A stretch of DNA of 64,000 bases, taken from positions 1 to 64,000 of the forward strand of contig JYFJ02001976.1 of the NCBI GenBank assembly GCA_000934665.2, written 5' to 3'. Position numbers and translations under genes: made by a program. Shown one piece after another: positions 40,501-53,619 of this stretch. The DNA is from Catajapyx aquilonaris. Its lineage: Eukaryota. Within the stretch, counting starts at the first letter, position 1; each line of letters begins with the position of its first letter. A model generated the notes under the pieces. It did no database searches. It saw only the letters and a program-made list of their open reading frames with translations, and was not told the DNA's origin.

Positions 40501-41512
40501 GTGCTTACCGCCGTCACATTCCTCCGGCTGTGTACTCAAGAGCTCGAATAGCGTGTACTCCTCTCCCCATTATGCAGACGAGACGGTGTGAATAGAGTTA
40601 ATGACCGCGAAAAGGATACCTCTCCCAACTAGCCCTTAATTAGCTCGCAATTACTGTCCACATCACCGCCGAGACAGAGAAGCCTTCATTATAGGGAGCT
40701 CATTAGGACCTGGAGTTTTTCGCAGGATAAGAATATTGCCTCTTCAGCAGTTGCACTGATACTGTACTGTTCATGTCTCCAACTCCCAAGCGGCAAAGAT
40801 TTAGGGTTGCCCGCGATTCTCATCCGCCGTTTTGTGAATTTGCCACTAGGGCATTGTTGAAAATAGTATTTAATGCAAGTTTATACAGTTCTAAAATAAA
40901 AATCAAACAAGTTACAGTATATAGACTGCACGGGGGCAAATATTAAGCTTATTACATTAAAATGCCGACTCCGGCTTATTAATTTTTTTAGAAATAATAT
41001 TGATGGAAGCATTCGAATGGTTGTCACTCGTGATAATTTATGTTAAAAGAGTAGCAAGTACAGTAATTCTGTATAGTAATTAGGCAGCTTCAAACAAACA
41101 CCAGCACACTAATTACGACCCTTTGAAGAAATACGGCAACAGGAGAATTTCGAAATTAGTGCAAACACTTGTACCGCATGATCATGCTGAATGATAAAGA
41201 CTTAATGAGTATGACATACAGGAAACAGGATAATCCTTTCAAAGACACAGTCCGCAAATTTATCTGCAGATTTAGCGAACGGAAGCGGGGGGGGGGGGAC
41301 TTGCTTCTGCTTTATTCTGATGATTATTATGTACTAACGTGATAGTCGGTGGTGACCTGCCTTTCTTACAGTCATGAAGTAAACCCACGGATGGAGGAGG
41401 CCATGTTTCTTGTGTGTGCATATCGAGTAACAGGCTTCTAACATGCTCATTGTGCCAAATAAGTTCAGGAGATATTGTTTGTCACAAATGTTGGAGTAGA
41501 CAATGATGCTAT

Positions 41513-41841
41513 CGGTTCCGTCACACTTCCCCCGATGCAAATTCGCCCGACGAAAACTCGCTCGATGCAAACTCGCCCGATATACCGGTACAAGACCCGG
41601 TGCGATTAGTGATTTCCGTGGACTAATTATTAAGTAATCGGGAAATCCCTTCAGTGCAGTCTGTTGGCTGGAGATGCCTCTTGCCTATGTTTCCATTCTC
41701 GACACTTAATTCCGATTAACTAGCCAATGCGAGGACTGCTCGAGTTTGTACCCGTACATCGGGCAAGTTTGCATCGGGCGAATTTCCGTCCGGCGAATTT
41801 GCATCGGGCGAGATTGTTTCGGGCGAATTGGTATGATACCG
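41513..41841. mobile_element. MULE/foldback-like MITE with 15-bp subterminal tandem repeats
   Basis: CGG...CCG ends. The left arm has repeats of (GATGC/GACGA)AAA(T/C)TCGCCC and the right arm has the complementary ATCGGGCGAATTTGC repeats. Confidence 0.8.
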
Positions 41842-43811
41842 ATTTTTAGTCCCATGTATACGCATAGAGAGGTTCCCAGAAAGATTGTCATAATTATAGG
41901 CAAATGACTACTCATACGGCAAAAGTCGGAGAGCCAGCAGCAAAAAATCTTATGTAGGATTGGTTTCTCTCTATACCAACCCTTGATATACTGGGTGGGG
42001 ATATAGGGTGAACCCGCAGGTAGACGAGAGCAAATAAAAGCGGTTCGTGCTATCGGCTTCAGAAGCTGCGTGAAATTTTCCCCGATAGGGATTTCAGTTG
42101 CATCTCGGACACGTGGCGTGTGCATTTTTATGTTGGCTTCAATAAATCATTATTTCCTAGAAACTCATGCACCACATTATTTTAACCAGTTAACCCGAAT
42201 TATTGTCCTTAACTCGATATTTTGCTTATATTTAAGAGGAGTAATCATTCTATAGTCTAAGGTGCATTTCAGCGATTGTCGTATTAAAATCGATAACATA
42301 CCGGTAAATCACGAGAAAAAAAACAACTGGAAGTGCGAAATGGATACAAAAAATAAATTCTCCAACTTGGGAAACACATTATACAAATCTTGAATTTGTG
42401 TAGCTGGAAAATTCGCACCTTTTTCGGCGCAAAAAGTAATAAAGATGAAACCAAATTTTAAAACTTTCTTAACGGGCAGTGTGTAAGGAAGCGCTCAAGC
42501 GTAAATCGACACCTGAAACTCTCCACTTATGAAATAAATTGTTCACAAAAGAGTCTCTAAAAGTTTCAGCTGGCAACTTTTGCCGCCTTCTAGCACGTTT
42601 TTACACCCACGGAAGTGTTTTCGTATATGAAAAAGGGTTCCAAAACTGAGCTCGACCTACGCGAAAAGAGTCTAAGCGCGTCTTTGCACTTTTATGTAAC
42701 TCATAAAGTTTCATTGAAGTGGAATGGAAATCATTCACTGTCAAGAATTTGAAAATTAACCTAACGAGAGGCATTTTGGTATCAAGTGTATAATTGGCAG
42801 CTGTGTACGAGTAGAAAATAATCTAGAGTAGGACCTAAGTACGAAAATGTCGATAATGTTACTCAAATCCTGTCGATTGTAACGGGTAGACTCTTTTGCC
42901 CACGAGTTCCTGCAGCAATAACATGGACCACTGCAACAATGCATGATGGCGTGTTTCGAGTAGCATGTGGGGATCACAAATTTTTGCGCTTTGTACTTTT
43001 GGATCAGCATACATAATTTGCAAGTTACCACCGGAACTGAAAAAAACTGCCCCCGTATTATCAGCGCGACATCACCTCAGGTCAACTGAGAATCTTTGTA
43101 ATATATTGCTCAGTCGCTGTGAGCAATTGTTCAGGGGGCTGGAAGCTCTTGTATACAGAACTCGTAACGTGCCCTCTACAGTATGTATAAATGCACCGCG
43201 GATTGTATTAGGGGTATAAATGCAGGAACCTGGTCCTTTTTTGCTTGTATCAAGATATAGATTTCCTAAGAAGACGAGGACAAAGGAATATTACAAGTCA
43301 AAATTTAATTCAATTGGAGAACATTATGCATAATAGACGACAGTCTAAAATAATATGGGATTTATTAGAGTAAGCTTTAAAAAATAAACCAGCAAAATGA
43401 GAAGCATTTTTTGGAGTATAAAGTAATGATTTGTGGTGTACATTTTGGCTGTCTCAGAGAATCAGTCTGGCAAGTATAGTGCAGCAAAAGAGATGTGGCA
43501 TGAGTTTGGGCTTTGAGGAAGATAAGTGACATAACTTTGCATGATATGCATTGCAGTTCTGCTCTCATATTCAGGTGACAGTGACTCAATGTGATTCTTA
43601 ACACATTGTGTGCCTGTGTGTCAGCCTTGTCCACCAAACTGATCTGAAACTTACCACAGTAAAAGCAGTTTAGCATTACATGCTGTTCGTAATGGGGGAA
43701 AAAATCAAGATATGCATCTGGTCACAAGCCCAATCACTGAAGTGTGGATGAAGTTAATGCCTAGAAAGTAGTCCATTGGTGTGTGATTTTATTATATCCC
43801 TCCTCTATATA

Positions 43812-44134
43812 CATGTTGTTCTGATTAAAAGGATACGTAGAGATTATTTCTGCTAGTATATTGCGAGGTCGCGTCTTTCGCAGGTTTCATGATTATCACG
43901 CAAATATCCGGCTCCCTAGGCAACCACTGAAAGTCCACCCTGACAGGGATCTCCCTACAAAGAGGTGCCATGTGTGTTGTCACGCGTGTGCAGGGGAAGG
44001 CCAATGGTTCTGGTCCTTTACCTCCTCAACATTTGGTACCGCGACATTTCTCCCAGTTCCATTTCCATTTCTGACTTGTTTTTGGCCAACGAGTACTCGG
44101 CCTGCCGGTTGGACTACTAGTAGGAAACACCCTG
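43812..44134. mobile_element. Degenerate Tc1/mariner-type MITE
   Basis: Right end GGAAACACCCTG-TA is clear; left end TA-CATGTTGTTC is only a weak match. Confidence 0.35.
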
Positions 44135-45240
44135 TATAAGGGAATTCCTGTCATAATAGCATAATTCTCCGTTCATCCCTCGGAAAGTAGGATTGGCTTC
44201 ATGATGACTCAATTTGTTCAGCCTTCAAACTTTATACTCTGCGAACTTAGATTACTTCAAATATTAACCTTCCAAGCCCTGCAACTTATAATAAGGTAGT
44301 AATAAGCTGTATGCATATTGAGGGTAATTAAGCATCCCGAACGAAGCAGGATACCACGTTAATGCAATTTGTATTTCACTTGTACGTGACGCGGAAATCG
44401 GGCCGGAAAGAAACCCGGGGACTTGTTTTGGTGGGAAAGGAGTTCATCCCGCACCTTATCCGGCCAAGGCGTAATTAAATTACGCCATCCTTAGTCTCCG
44501 TACTTAAATATTAATGACAAACCTTCAATTTGCAGTGGAAGCCAGAACAATTTGCGAACCCCCGCGGCCTCGGTTAAGACTCCTCTTCCTTGACTCCTCC
44601 TCCCTTCTACCCTCCCTCCTTCCTTCCACTCCCTCAGTCCCAACCCACCGACCCCAAAATAAGACTCAGCAACTATAAACTTAATTACACAACGCTGAGG
44701 ACTCAAGCCCAAAATTCCCAACTCTCTCGCTCTCTCGTCCTTTCTCTTGCGTTTGCCCTCTACCTTAATCTCTCTCGCTGGAGAATGCCAGCTTCACCCA
44801 ACTAACACAATCTGAGACCACCAAATTTTTCTTCTCTCCCCCCTTCCCTCTCCCCTTCCTCCACCCTCTCGGAAAAATACTGACCGCCATTCCATGCGCC
44901 AAAAATGTAATTTTGCCTAAACATCAGTAGGAAGTAATGGAGCCAACTGAAAGGGAGAAGCACTATTAGCTGCGGTTTTAATGCAACTGATAGGCTCTAG
45001 TTCCTGCAATAAACAATGCCGTGAAGGTTAAGCAAAATGATGATCACTGCAGTCACTCATCAAGGAGGAGGAGTGAAGGTTTAGGAAGTAGTAAGCGATC
45101 TTCAATATAGTTTGACGAGGTGGAAATAGTAGTCGATGAGCTAGAAGACTGACAACTGGTTTATTTAGTGTGGCACTTACGAGTACAGGCCGTGCTTCGT
45201 CCTTGTCATGATAACACAAACACAAACCAAAGAGTTCTGC

Positions 45241-45274
45241 TATATACCTATATACCTATATACCTATATACCTA
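45241..45274 (+). repeat. (TATACCTA)4 tandem repeat
   Basis: Directly visible. Confidence 0.85.
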
Positions 45275-45530
45275 GAAGAAGTACTCCCTATCCTTTCCCA
45301 TTAGCCAGGCTGAGGCAGCCGCCATCTTTACTTGGGTCATATTGTAGTTCTAACAGTTGTCTAGCAACTGGGACAACAATCAACAATGACAACACTGGGA
45401 CAACAATTAGTGCAATAATGTCAGGCGTCCGCCATATTTACTTGAGTCATATTGTTGCCTGCCTCACATTATTTTCACCCCGAGTGCTCTCTCTAGGTAT
45501 TATCAAGAGCTAATAACTGGTATTATATAT

Positions 45531-45766
45531 TGTAGTGTTCCTCATGAGGAACACCCCGATGAGTAATAGGCACCGGACAGCTTTGATATAAATATATTCT
45601 CCAGCTCAGGTAAAACACGTCTGTTCTATCAGACAATCAGTTCACAACTCCTCCCAAACAACTCCCAACACTATATGTACACTGTCCCATAGCAACAGTT
45701 TTCAATGCACAACTCGACCTGACAACAATACACTAAAGTTCTGTTGCCAGGACCCGAACCACTACA
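45531..45766. mobile_element. Solo LTR (gypsy-like), 236 bp
   Basis: TGTAGTG...CACTACA termini with ATAT on both sides (4-bp TSD); non-palindromic interior. Confidence 0.65.
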
Positions 45767-45866
45767 ATATATTATAGCAGAACTCTTTGACACAAACCCA
45801 TGGCAACAATGACATTAAACAATGTTAATGGTGCCATGGTATCAGAAATGATTGATTGTTGTTGAT

Positions 45867-46290
45867 GATGATGATGATGATTTTTTGTTGTACCCCGTGC
45901 CAGGGCCCTAGGCCCTCTTAGGGGAGTGGAATACCACCATCCGGTGCAGGATAGGGATAATGAGGAGGAAACACTGGTGCAAGTGCAATGTCTCAAGTTG
46001 GGGGTCGTGTGCAGGCCCTCAAGGGGCCCGTTCGCCAAAATGATACCCTACATGCGGGTCAGAACCCCCCCACGGACACCGCACCTCCACGTGGACGGGA
46101 CAAGGGTAGGAACGGAAGGAAGCGGCTGTGGCCTATTATTTAGGAAGCAATCCCGGAATTATCCTGGGGGGACCGTGGGAAACCACAGAAAACCACGGTT
46201 AGGATTGCCGGCCCCGGGACTCGAACCCAGGACCTCCCGTCTCCCGATTAGCAGTCGAACACCTTATCCACTCCACCAAACTGCTTCGGC
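45867..46290 (-). mobile_element. tRNA-derived SINE, family B head with family-A-like 3' body, (CAT)n tail
   Basis: Head and central domain match 15152. The tail matches 15715-15767 (TGGTGGTATTCCAC.CCCCTAAGAGGGCC...GCACGGGGTAC). Degenerate TSD GATTGTTGTTGAT / GATTGCTGATGAT. Confidence 0.88.
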
Positions 46291-46370
46291 GATTGCTGAT
46301 GATTACATTACCATGGAAACAGGCCGTACGAAGAACGGGATCCTCTGCTAGTTTTAAGTAATATTGTATA

Positions 46371-46565
46371 CAGGGTGACTCTAAAGTCAGAATACATAGG
46401 TAATTGGATTGTATTGTTGGTTTCTACTGTAGTTGTGTCAACTAGGTGATTGTTGACAGTAAGTAAAGTTTGAGTTGCACAGTTGGCACTTGGGAGTTTG
46501 GCACAACTGGCAACCGACAATGCAATTCAATTACCTATATGTGTCCTGACCTTATAGTCACCCTA
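46371..46565. mobile_element. Tc1/mariner-type MITE
   Basis: TA-CAGGGTGACTCTAAAGTCAG...CTGACCTTATAGTCACCCTA-TA with ~50-bp arms. Confidence 0.8.
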
Positions 46566-47094
46566 TATTATGTAGAGAGGGGAATATCACATTGAGACCT
46601 GAGGTATACCGTACCTGGATATTTCGCGAAACTGGGGTGCTCAAATTTTTTGCGACCGTTTTTTCATGTTCTGGGCATACAATTTGGTAAAATAATTACT
46701 ATGGCAAATATATTCTATACTAGTGAACCCGTAGCCAAAATTTGGCAAAACCTGCAACCCCCCCCCCCCGGCCACCTACCGGCCACCCTTCCCCCCGGCC
46801 TGATGATTTAGTGTAGTGACCAGAAGGTGGCAGAACTCACCAAGGCCTCCTCCCTCCCTCCACCCCACCCACCGGAGCGTTCCAGACACAGGGAAGAAAA
46901 AAATAAGGCGATGTATTTTTTATTCGGGTCTCAGGAGGATATCAATTTTTGATGATCCTTCTGCCGTCTTTCGAAGACTACCCCATTTATGGAAATGTCA
47001 TTACTCATTACGTATACTTTATTGCGTATTTATCCATGTAGAAAGAGAAGTATGTGGAGTACTCGTATGATATGCTTGATTGCTTTGATATATA

Positions 47095-47637
47095 CAGGGT
47101 GTTTATTGTAACTCTGCAAAGACTTTCAGGGGTAATAGAGGGGACCAAGACAAGTATTTTTGACATAGGAACCCGTGTCCGGAAACGCCATCTAGAGGGG
47201 GTTCATAAACAAGGAACGGGTGCGCTCAGACGCTTCACGCGGAGGCACTAGGTGAGCGGACTGTTTTGTTGATTAATGGCGTGCAGTTGTTGCCAGGTGT
47301 TGGTGTATCGCGTCGTTGTAAGCAAACAACGATGGGGTACGCCATAACCTGGCAACAATAGAACCGCTGTTTACTCTCCGCGCGTCTCCTAGGAGGCGGA
47401 CTTTAGTTGCTAGATGGCTCTGTTGTTGCCAGGTTATGTCACTTCGTATCGGTCTTTACTATCCGATCGCCATCTATCAACAAAACAGTCCGCTCGCCTA
47501 GTCTGAGCGCACCCGTTCCTCGTCTATGAACCCCCTCTAGATGGCGTTTCCGGATACTGGTTCCTATGTCAAAAATACTTGTCTTGGTCCCCTCAATCAC
47601 CCCTGAAAGTCTTTGCAGAGTTACAATAAACACCCTG
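47095..47637. mobile_element. Tc1/mariner-type MITE
   Basis: TA-CAGGGTGTTTATTGTAACTCTGC...GCAGAGTTACAATAAACACCCTG-TA with ~135-bp near-perfect arms and an inner hairpin at 47343-47438. Confidence 0.93.
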
Positions 47638-48991
47638 TATATTGAGGACTCTAATGCCAGTTCCTAGGACCGTACGTGACATGACCGGGGAACAAATGAT
47701 AATTTAAGCAGTGCGACAAAATAGCTGATACAGACACGAGCAGATCGTGTTCCATTCCGCATACTAGGGGGAAAAAAAGTGATGAGATGCCAATTATTAT
47801 TGTGGGAGTGACAGGCACATTAGCGCGAGTTGGAGCTCTTTGATGGTGCAAAGGCTGGGGAACAGACACGAACTGTAGGTACCGCGTGTGTAATGAGTGC
47901 ATGGTGGGTGAAAGGTGTAGCAGCTGTAATCACACGTCGTTCCGGACCCACCTCTGGGACGTTTGATTGAGAGTCCTCCTCCGTTACAGCCCCCGAATTC
48001 AATCCAGATACTGCACCACACACATAAAAATTCCACTTGTCAGCCTTCAGATAAATGGAATCACAAATGCAGAGGGGACTTCTTTCATTAGAATTCCTCT
48101 TGCACGCAATGAATAAAACCACCCTTCTGACACTCATCAGGGAGTGATTGTGTTGGCTGTTAACTTTAAAATTGAGAGATTTTGAAATTTTCCCGCCTAT
48201 ATTTTGAAACGTAAATTGATGATGGTGTATCATTCCAATAATGAAAATCGCTTACTAATCTTTATGCTTAATTTTTAAATTTCATTTGGCCAACAATATG
48301 GGGATGTAATATTGTCTAGTGCGGCCATTTCGTGAGTCCTCGGCCTGATAGTAACAGTGATTGCACCATATACGTGACAAGACTGCGTAGAGGGCAGCAA
48401 AATGTCATAAGATTGAGAGTTGAGCAGTCTGGGACATATATAAACGCTGGGATTGTGTGTGTTACTCAGAATGGAACCATGAACTCACCACCGGTGATTC
48501 ATGAACATGTTGGTTTGCATACTCCTTCATGACTTTCGTTAAGTTTGCCAACATATTCTAAGACGTGAAAGATAGCAATAAAATCTGAGGCGGCGAAATG
48601 AAACCAACAACAAATGATGTAAGGCATGTCGTCCAGGAAATAGTTACAGAAACTCATGGCGAAGAGAAAAAGGATGAAAGTTGGGAAGTACAAAATGTCG
48701 TCCCCCAAAAGTCCCTCCTTTTTCAGGGATTAAAGTAATGACAGCCATTACTGCCACCAAAGAAAAGAAGAAGAAGAACAGGAAGAGGAGCGTTCCACAT
48801 ATTTCAAAACGAGGAAGATCAAAGAAAGGAAGCAAGAAATGAAACTGCCAACTTTTGCCAGTAATTACTTCACGCCCGATATAAATCTTCACTGTTGCGT
48901 TGTTGTTCTGGAAGTACCAACATTATCTAAAATGCTTAAACATATTTTTATCATTGCACTTCATAATGTTATACTAATTCACCGCTCTATG

Positions 48992-49238
48992 CATGGGCGT
49001 AGCCAGGATTTAGGTTAGGGGGGGGNGGGGGCAGGACGCAAATTGTGTCTGGGGAGGGGGACATTTTTCGGTTCAAGGTCACAACCCTTCCTCAAATGGG
49101 GCAAAACGGAAAAGAACCCATAGAACAGTGCAATTTTGCACTGTTCTACAGGGTTTTTGCGCGTTTCCTCCCCCCCCCGTTTTTCTGCACATCCCTGAGA
49201 TTTAGGGGGGGCAGCTGCCCCCCCTGGCTACGCCCATG
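48992..49238. mobile_element. hAT-type MITE
   Basis: 16-bp TIR CATGGGCGTAGCCAGG / CCTGGCTACGCCCATG; perfect 8-bp TSD GCTCTATG (48984-48991 / 49239-49246). Confidence 0.93.
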
Positions 49239-51918
49239 GCTCTATGCGTTGATGTAACAATAATTGCATTACCTTATGGACGACTAGTGTTTTCAGCAAT
49301 ATTCCCCTTTTTTATGCATTTTTTCACTGCTTAAATGACAAATTATGGTACAAAAACTATGGCATGTGATTTTAAAAATGAGTGAAACTAGATATTTGGC
49401 AATATACAGTACGGTACCGTATATTTTTCTTAAATCATCAAAATTGGTGCAGATGACAGCGATTTATTTATTTGTTTATTTAGTCAACTTTTTGAGCTCT
49501 CGCAACCCGCAGTTGGAATATTTTCACTGTGTAGTACTTTATCGTGTCTATATGCTTTTGTGACCTTTAACGACGTGGTGATTTGCAGAGTTAGCAAAAA
49601 AATAGCAGGATTTGTCTCCTTTGCCAGCCATGAGAATTTCCGGAATATGAGAATAACCGACTTTAGCAGAATTTTATTCTGGTGAACAAACAGCCAATGT
49701 GAAGGTAGTGACCCGAAACCCTACTGGATCAGCTTATAGGTTACTCTACGTTTGCTGAAAGCAGCGAAGTAGATCAATGGGTGTGCCCAAAGTGGAATGG
49801 TCCGTGGTTGAGTGTCGACAAAGTCTAGCAACAAGCTTGTTCTGCTTCTTTTGTTGGCGGCAGCCCGGATTTTTCGGACACATTTCCGGGCCCTGAATCC
49901 GGAACGGAACGCGTGACTAAACTCACCACCCTTTTGGCAAGACCCTCTTCAGCACCCGGATTCGACCAAGCCTCGAGCTGCGCATTCACGTCCTCATTTT
50001 TTTGCCAAAAAAGTACAATATTATTGCAAGCTGCCACACTACTGCACCTGTCACGAACAGAGCAAAATAAAGCCTTCTCCACTATTTTTCATTTCAGGGG
50101 GAGTTTTCCCCTCTCAATATATCCCACTTCTTCCTTTAAAAATTGTAGTGCATTATTGGAAAGGTTAGGACCGTCACACATTGCTGGTATGGAAAAAAAT
50201 GTGAGAAAGTTTCATTTTTTTCCGCCGCTGCTTTTAGGGGTAGGATTTTTATCCGTGGAATTTTTTGGGGTGCTAAGCGGATAACGGCGTGCGAATTTAT
50301 GCATATATTCGGGTTGGACCCCATGATTGCCTTCAAAGCTTCCCCACCTGGTTCCCACGTACTACTGAATTATAATGAATCGTAATCCTGTTAATTCCGC
50401 CATTTGCAGATATGGTTTCGTTTCGGTTGCACTAACTCGTAAGTCGGAAAACCCAACCGGTTTGGATCCCTACCCAAATGTCCTCACATCTCCGGCAAAC
50501 CGTACATGCCTGAGTTTAGCAAAAGCCACCAATCAATATAGTTGGCCTATTATGCTTGGAAATAGTTTAGCTGAATCCCTGCATGGCCCTTTTCTCTTTT
50601 TCTGAACAAATCATTCAAATGTTTTATGTATAGGCTCTATCTTACGCTCTCCAGACATTGTTACGCAGTCATACGTCATACACAAAAAGCATCAATTGAA
50701 AGTGAAAGAGGTGGATAACTCTTGCTCGTACGCTTGTACAGTAAAAATAATGCTCTATAATTATGTCATTTCTCACGACATTCAGGGATGTAATATCCAT
50801 GGCCTAAGATTCATAATGAACCAGGAAGTCAGGATTTTCTATCTCGACTGGCATATAAACAAGTGCAAGGTCAACTCTTTGTCTAGGATTATCTCGAAAG
50901 TGTGTTTTTTTGGACTTTGTGCCGACATTTTGTGATAGAAAAATTTGTTACATCAGCCTATTCGAACCTATCCCAATTTTTCTATGAAAAGACTGAACAA
51001 CTGTGAAATAAATTCGAGTCTCTCGGAGGGCTTCCAAATGATCCCGATCACCTGCCTGCAGTTGGTGCAAAGAGGCAACAACTTCCGGAAGTTTCACAGC
51101 GTTTCCTTCTTCAGACACCTTTTGACGCCCTGAAAGGGACCGCGAATATTTACCCTCCTTCAAAAAAACCCCAAGCTTCCGCCACCAGCGGAATTCCTGG
51201 GTCTTTTTGCATGCCTTCCAAATGGAAAGGGAGCTCCAAAGGTGGAATCAAAGAGCAAGGCAGTCCATTAGTAGTCTTCTTGCTTGCATACCAGTATATA
51301 GGGCAGAATGAGTGGAAGCAATTTGTCGGAAAAGGAGTGCAATTATTTTCAGTTCACGTTTCAAAGAGAATTTGGACATGTCTAATCTTTCCCCCTTTCC
51401 AATTTCTACACCTATCTCACCTCATCACGTGCTGTGTAAAGCATCCTAAGGTAAATTTACCTACTGTATCTTATGATTTGACTTAATTCATTGGGAGTGA
51501 TAATCATATTGAAAAGGGTTTTCATCAGAAACTGAAAGGATACTTGAGCAAGAATGCGCCTGGTATAACAACAGAAAAGGAATCTACAGTATACACTGTT
51601 TTCTACGCCATGCTGTAATATTACAGCATTGTTACAAAAATGAAATTATTATTATGGCACCCCGAGTTAGACGCGATATATCACTGGGTACTTAACATTT
51701 TTTCAAATGCACTATATTACTCAGAGTTAATGATTTATTAGCTCTTTATATTGCGGTGTGTAATATGGGCCTGGGAGCTAGTTAAGTGTAAAACAATGAC
51801 AGGCTCCTGAATTTTAGTTTGAATTTCAATACAACTTTCATATCGCAATAAAGCAGTCTAACTGGACAGAGTTCCAGCAGGCAATGGATAGGTTTGTTTT
51901 GTACTACTCTCTGCACTT

Positions 51919-52222
51919 GGGACACCACCATATTTTCTTACGCATTTTTTCGCATATTTCCTTCAGTCTTCGGTGCAGGGAATCAAGGACATTGGGTAAG
52001 GATATAGGGATTTTTGGGGAGGGGACACGGGTGCAAGTGCGTTGTCATTATGTGTGGATCACGTGCAGTCCCCCAGGAGGTTCGGTTGCCAGACACCTCC
52101 AAGGTGCGGGTCCGAGACCCTCCCGACGCGACGCAGGCGAAAGTGAGCTTACAGGCGGGGATCGAACCTCGGACATTTCACTCAGCAAGCCGAGACATTA
52201 CCATCTCGGCCACCACACCTCC
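51919..52222 (-). mobile_element. tRNA-derived SINE, family A, diverged copy
   Basis: The reverse complement aligns along 12430-12710 (GGTGGCCGAGATGGTAA.GTCTCGGCTTGCT, GGTTCGATCCCC, CCTCCTGGGGGACTGCAC, ATGGTGGT). Confidence 0.88.
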
Positions 52223-52609
52223 ACACAATTTCAGCAATACAAGTAGTATTAAGGTGTTTATTATACAATAAATTATTGTTAATATATTTTGTGTCGAAGA
52301 CTACATGTGTCACACGTTATGAACATTGTTATGTTCAATCTAGAATTGCAATAGGTCCGTAACCTGTATAGCCACCAGTTAAAATAACAGAGAGGAAAGT
52401 TAATTTGGTTTTTGCTATAAGTTATGGTGTAGATTCATGTAATTCGTTTTTGAGGCTTCATATTTAGAGGTCCTGCAAATCACGAGTCCTTCGGAATGAA
52501 AAGAGAATCATGCATTACGGAAACCAGTTTTTCGAGAAATAATACGAGTATTGTGATCCAATCCTATTCTGACTATGTTTGCATGAACACTGTCCATTGC
52601 AGCAGTTAA

Positions 52610-52806
52610 GGCCGGTATCGACGTGCGAGTGCCTCGTATGCGAGAAATCTTGTACGTCGAGACGGACTCTTGGTCGCCTCAGGGCCCTCTTGTCCCTCGA
52701 AAAGGGTATTAAAGTTGAACAATTTTCAACTTTTCCTCGTTCCTCGGATCCAGGCATGCGCAGTTGGCTCCTCGTATGCGAGAAAACTTGTACGTGGATA
52801 CCAGCC
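52610..52806. mobile_element. PIF/Harbinger-type MITE
   Basis: TAA|GGCCGGTATCGACGT...ACGTGGATACCAGCC; internal direct repeat CCTCGTATGCGAGAAA.CTTGTACGT at 52632 and 52770. Confidence 0.65.
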
Positions 52807-53619
52807 TTTTAGACTATACAAAATCTCGAAAAGTGAATAATTCTTATTTGATTTCACATTATCTCGAATAGGATGTAGTCCTTTTATTGCATAGGAAAAT
52901 TTAAGCTTCATATTGGCAACTCTGTTTCCAGTCTTCCTTGCAATGCGAATTTCAATATCAGGCATTCTAAATCTTGCACTGACACGTTCTGTGAGTTGGC
53001 CAATTGAGAAAATTGTAGACAATGTCGAAAGAGGAATACCGTACTTATGCCACGCAATGTTGAAGGAGAGGAAATGGAAATAGTAATGAAGGAGGATAGT
53101 ATAAAGTATAAACCATTGTAAATGGATTTCTGCATTCTGGAACAGTTCCACTGTGCACAATCGATAAATATGGTGTAATTGTCATAAAGAGGGTGAATTA
53201 AAGTGCAAGAGAAATAAAGGCAATGAACCAGTCAAATATGATGAATTCTTTAGTCCCGGCACATTTTATTACTGGCATGTTAAAGTTGATTTAAACATTA
53301 ATTGCACAGAGTACTGGACGAAGGTCCTCTGATCAATATGCAATTATTCACTAGCTTCGTTGTCTTCACATATCTCAATTTTGGCTGGTGTTAAATTTTT
53401 ACACATTGGACTTGTTAATAAAGTTTATATTATTTTACTCTCAGATCGAGAGATGTTACTGAACACGACAGGATGTTGCAGAACAGCTTTAGGCAACAGG
53501 TTACTCCAGCTTATTCCCTGAGGTGGGCGTTAATAATGAGAAACAGAGTACACCTAAGGTTACATTCAATTCATATGGTAAAGGTCTCTTTCCCTTGCAA
53601 CTGGAGGGAATCAACGTGA

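Noticed and set aside
51065..51125. Minus-strand CTGAAGA...GAAACTTCCGGAAGTT hammerhead-like pattern
   Set aside because: Stem II has only 2 bp with extra bases, and stem I is out of register; likely chance.
52632..52798. Pair of ~27-bp direct repeats, superficially CRISPR-like
   Set aside because: Only two units about 110 bp apart, inside a Harbinger-type MITE in eukaryotic DNA, with no cas genes.
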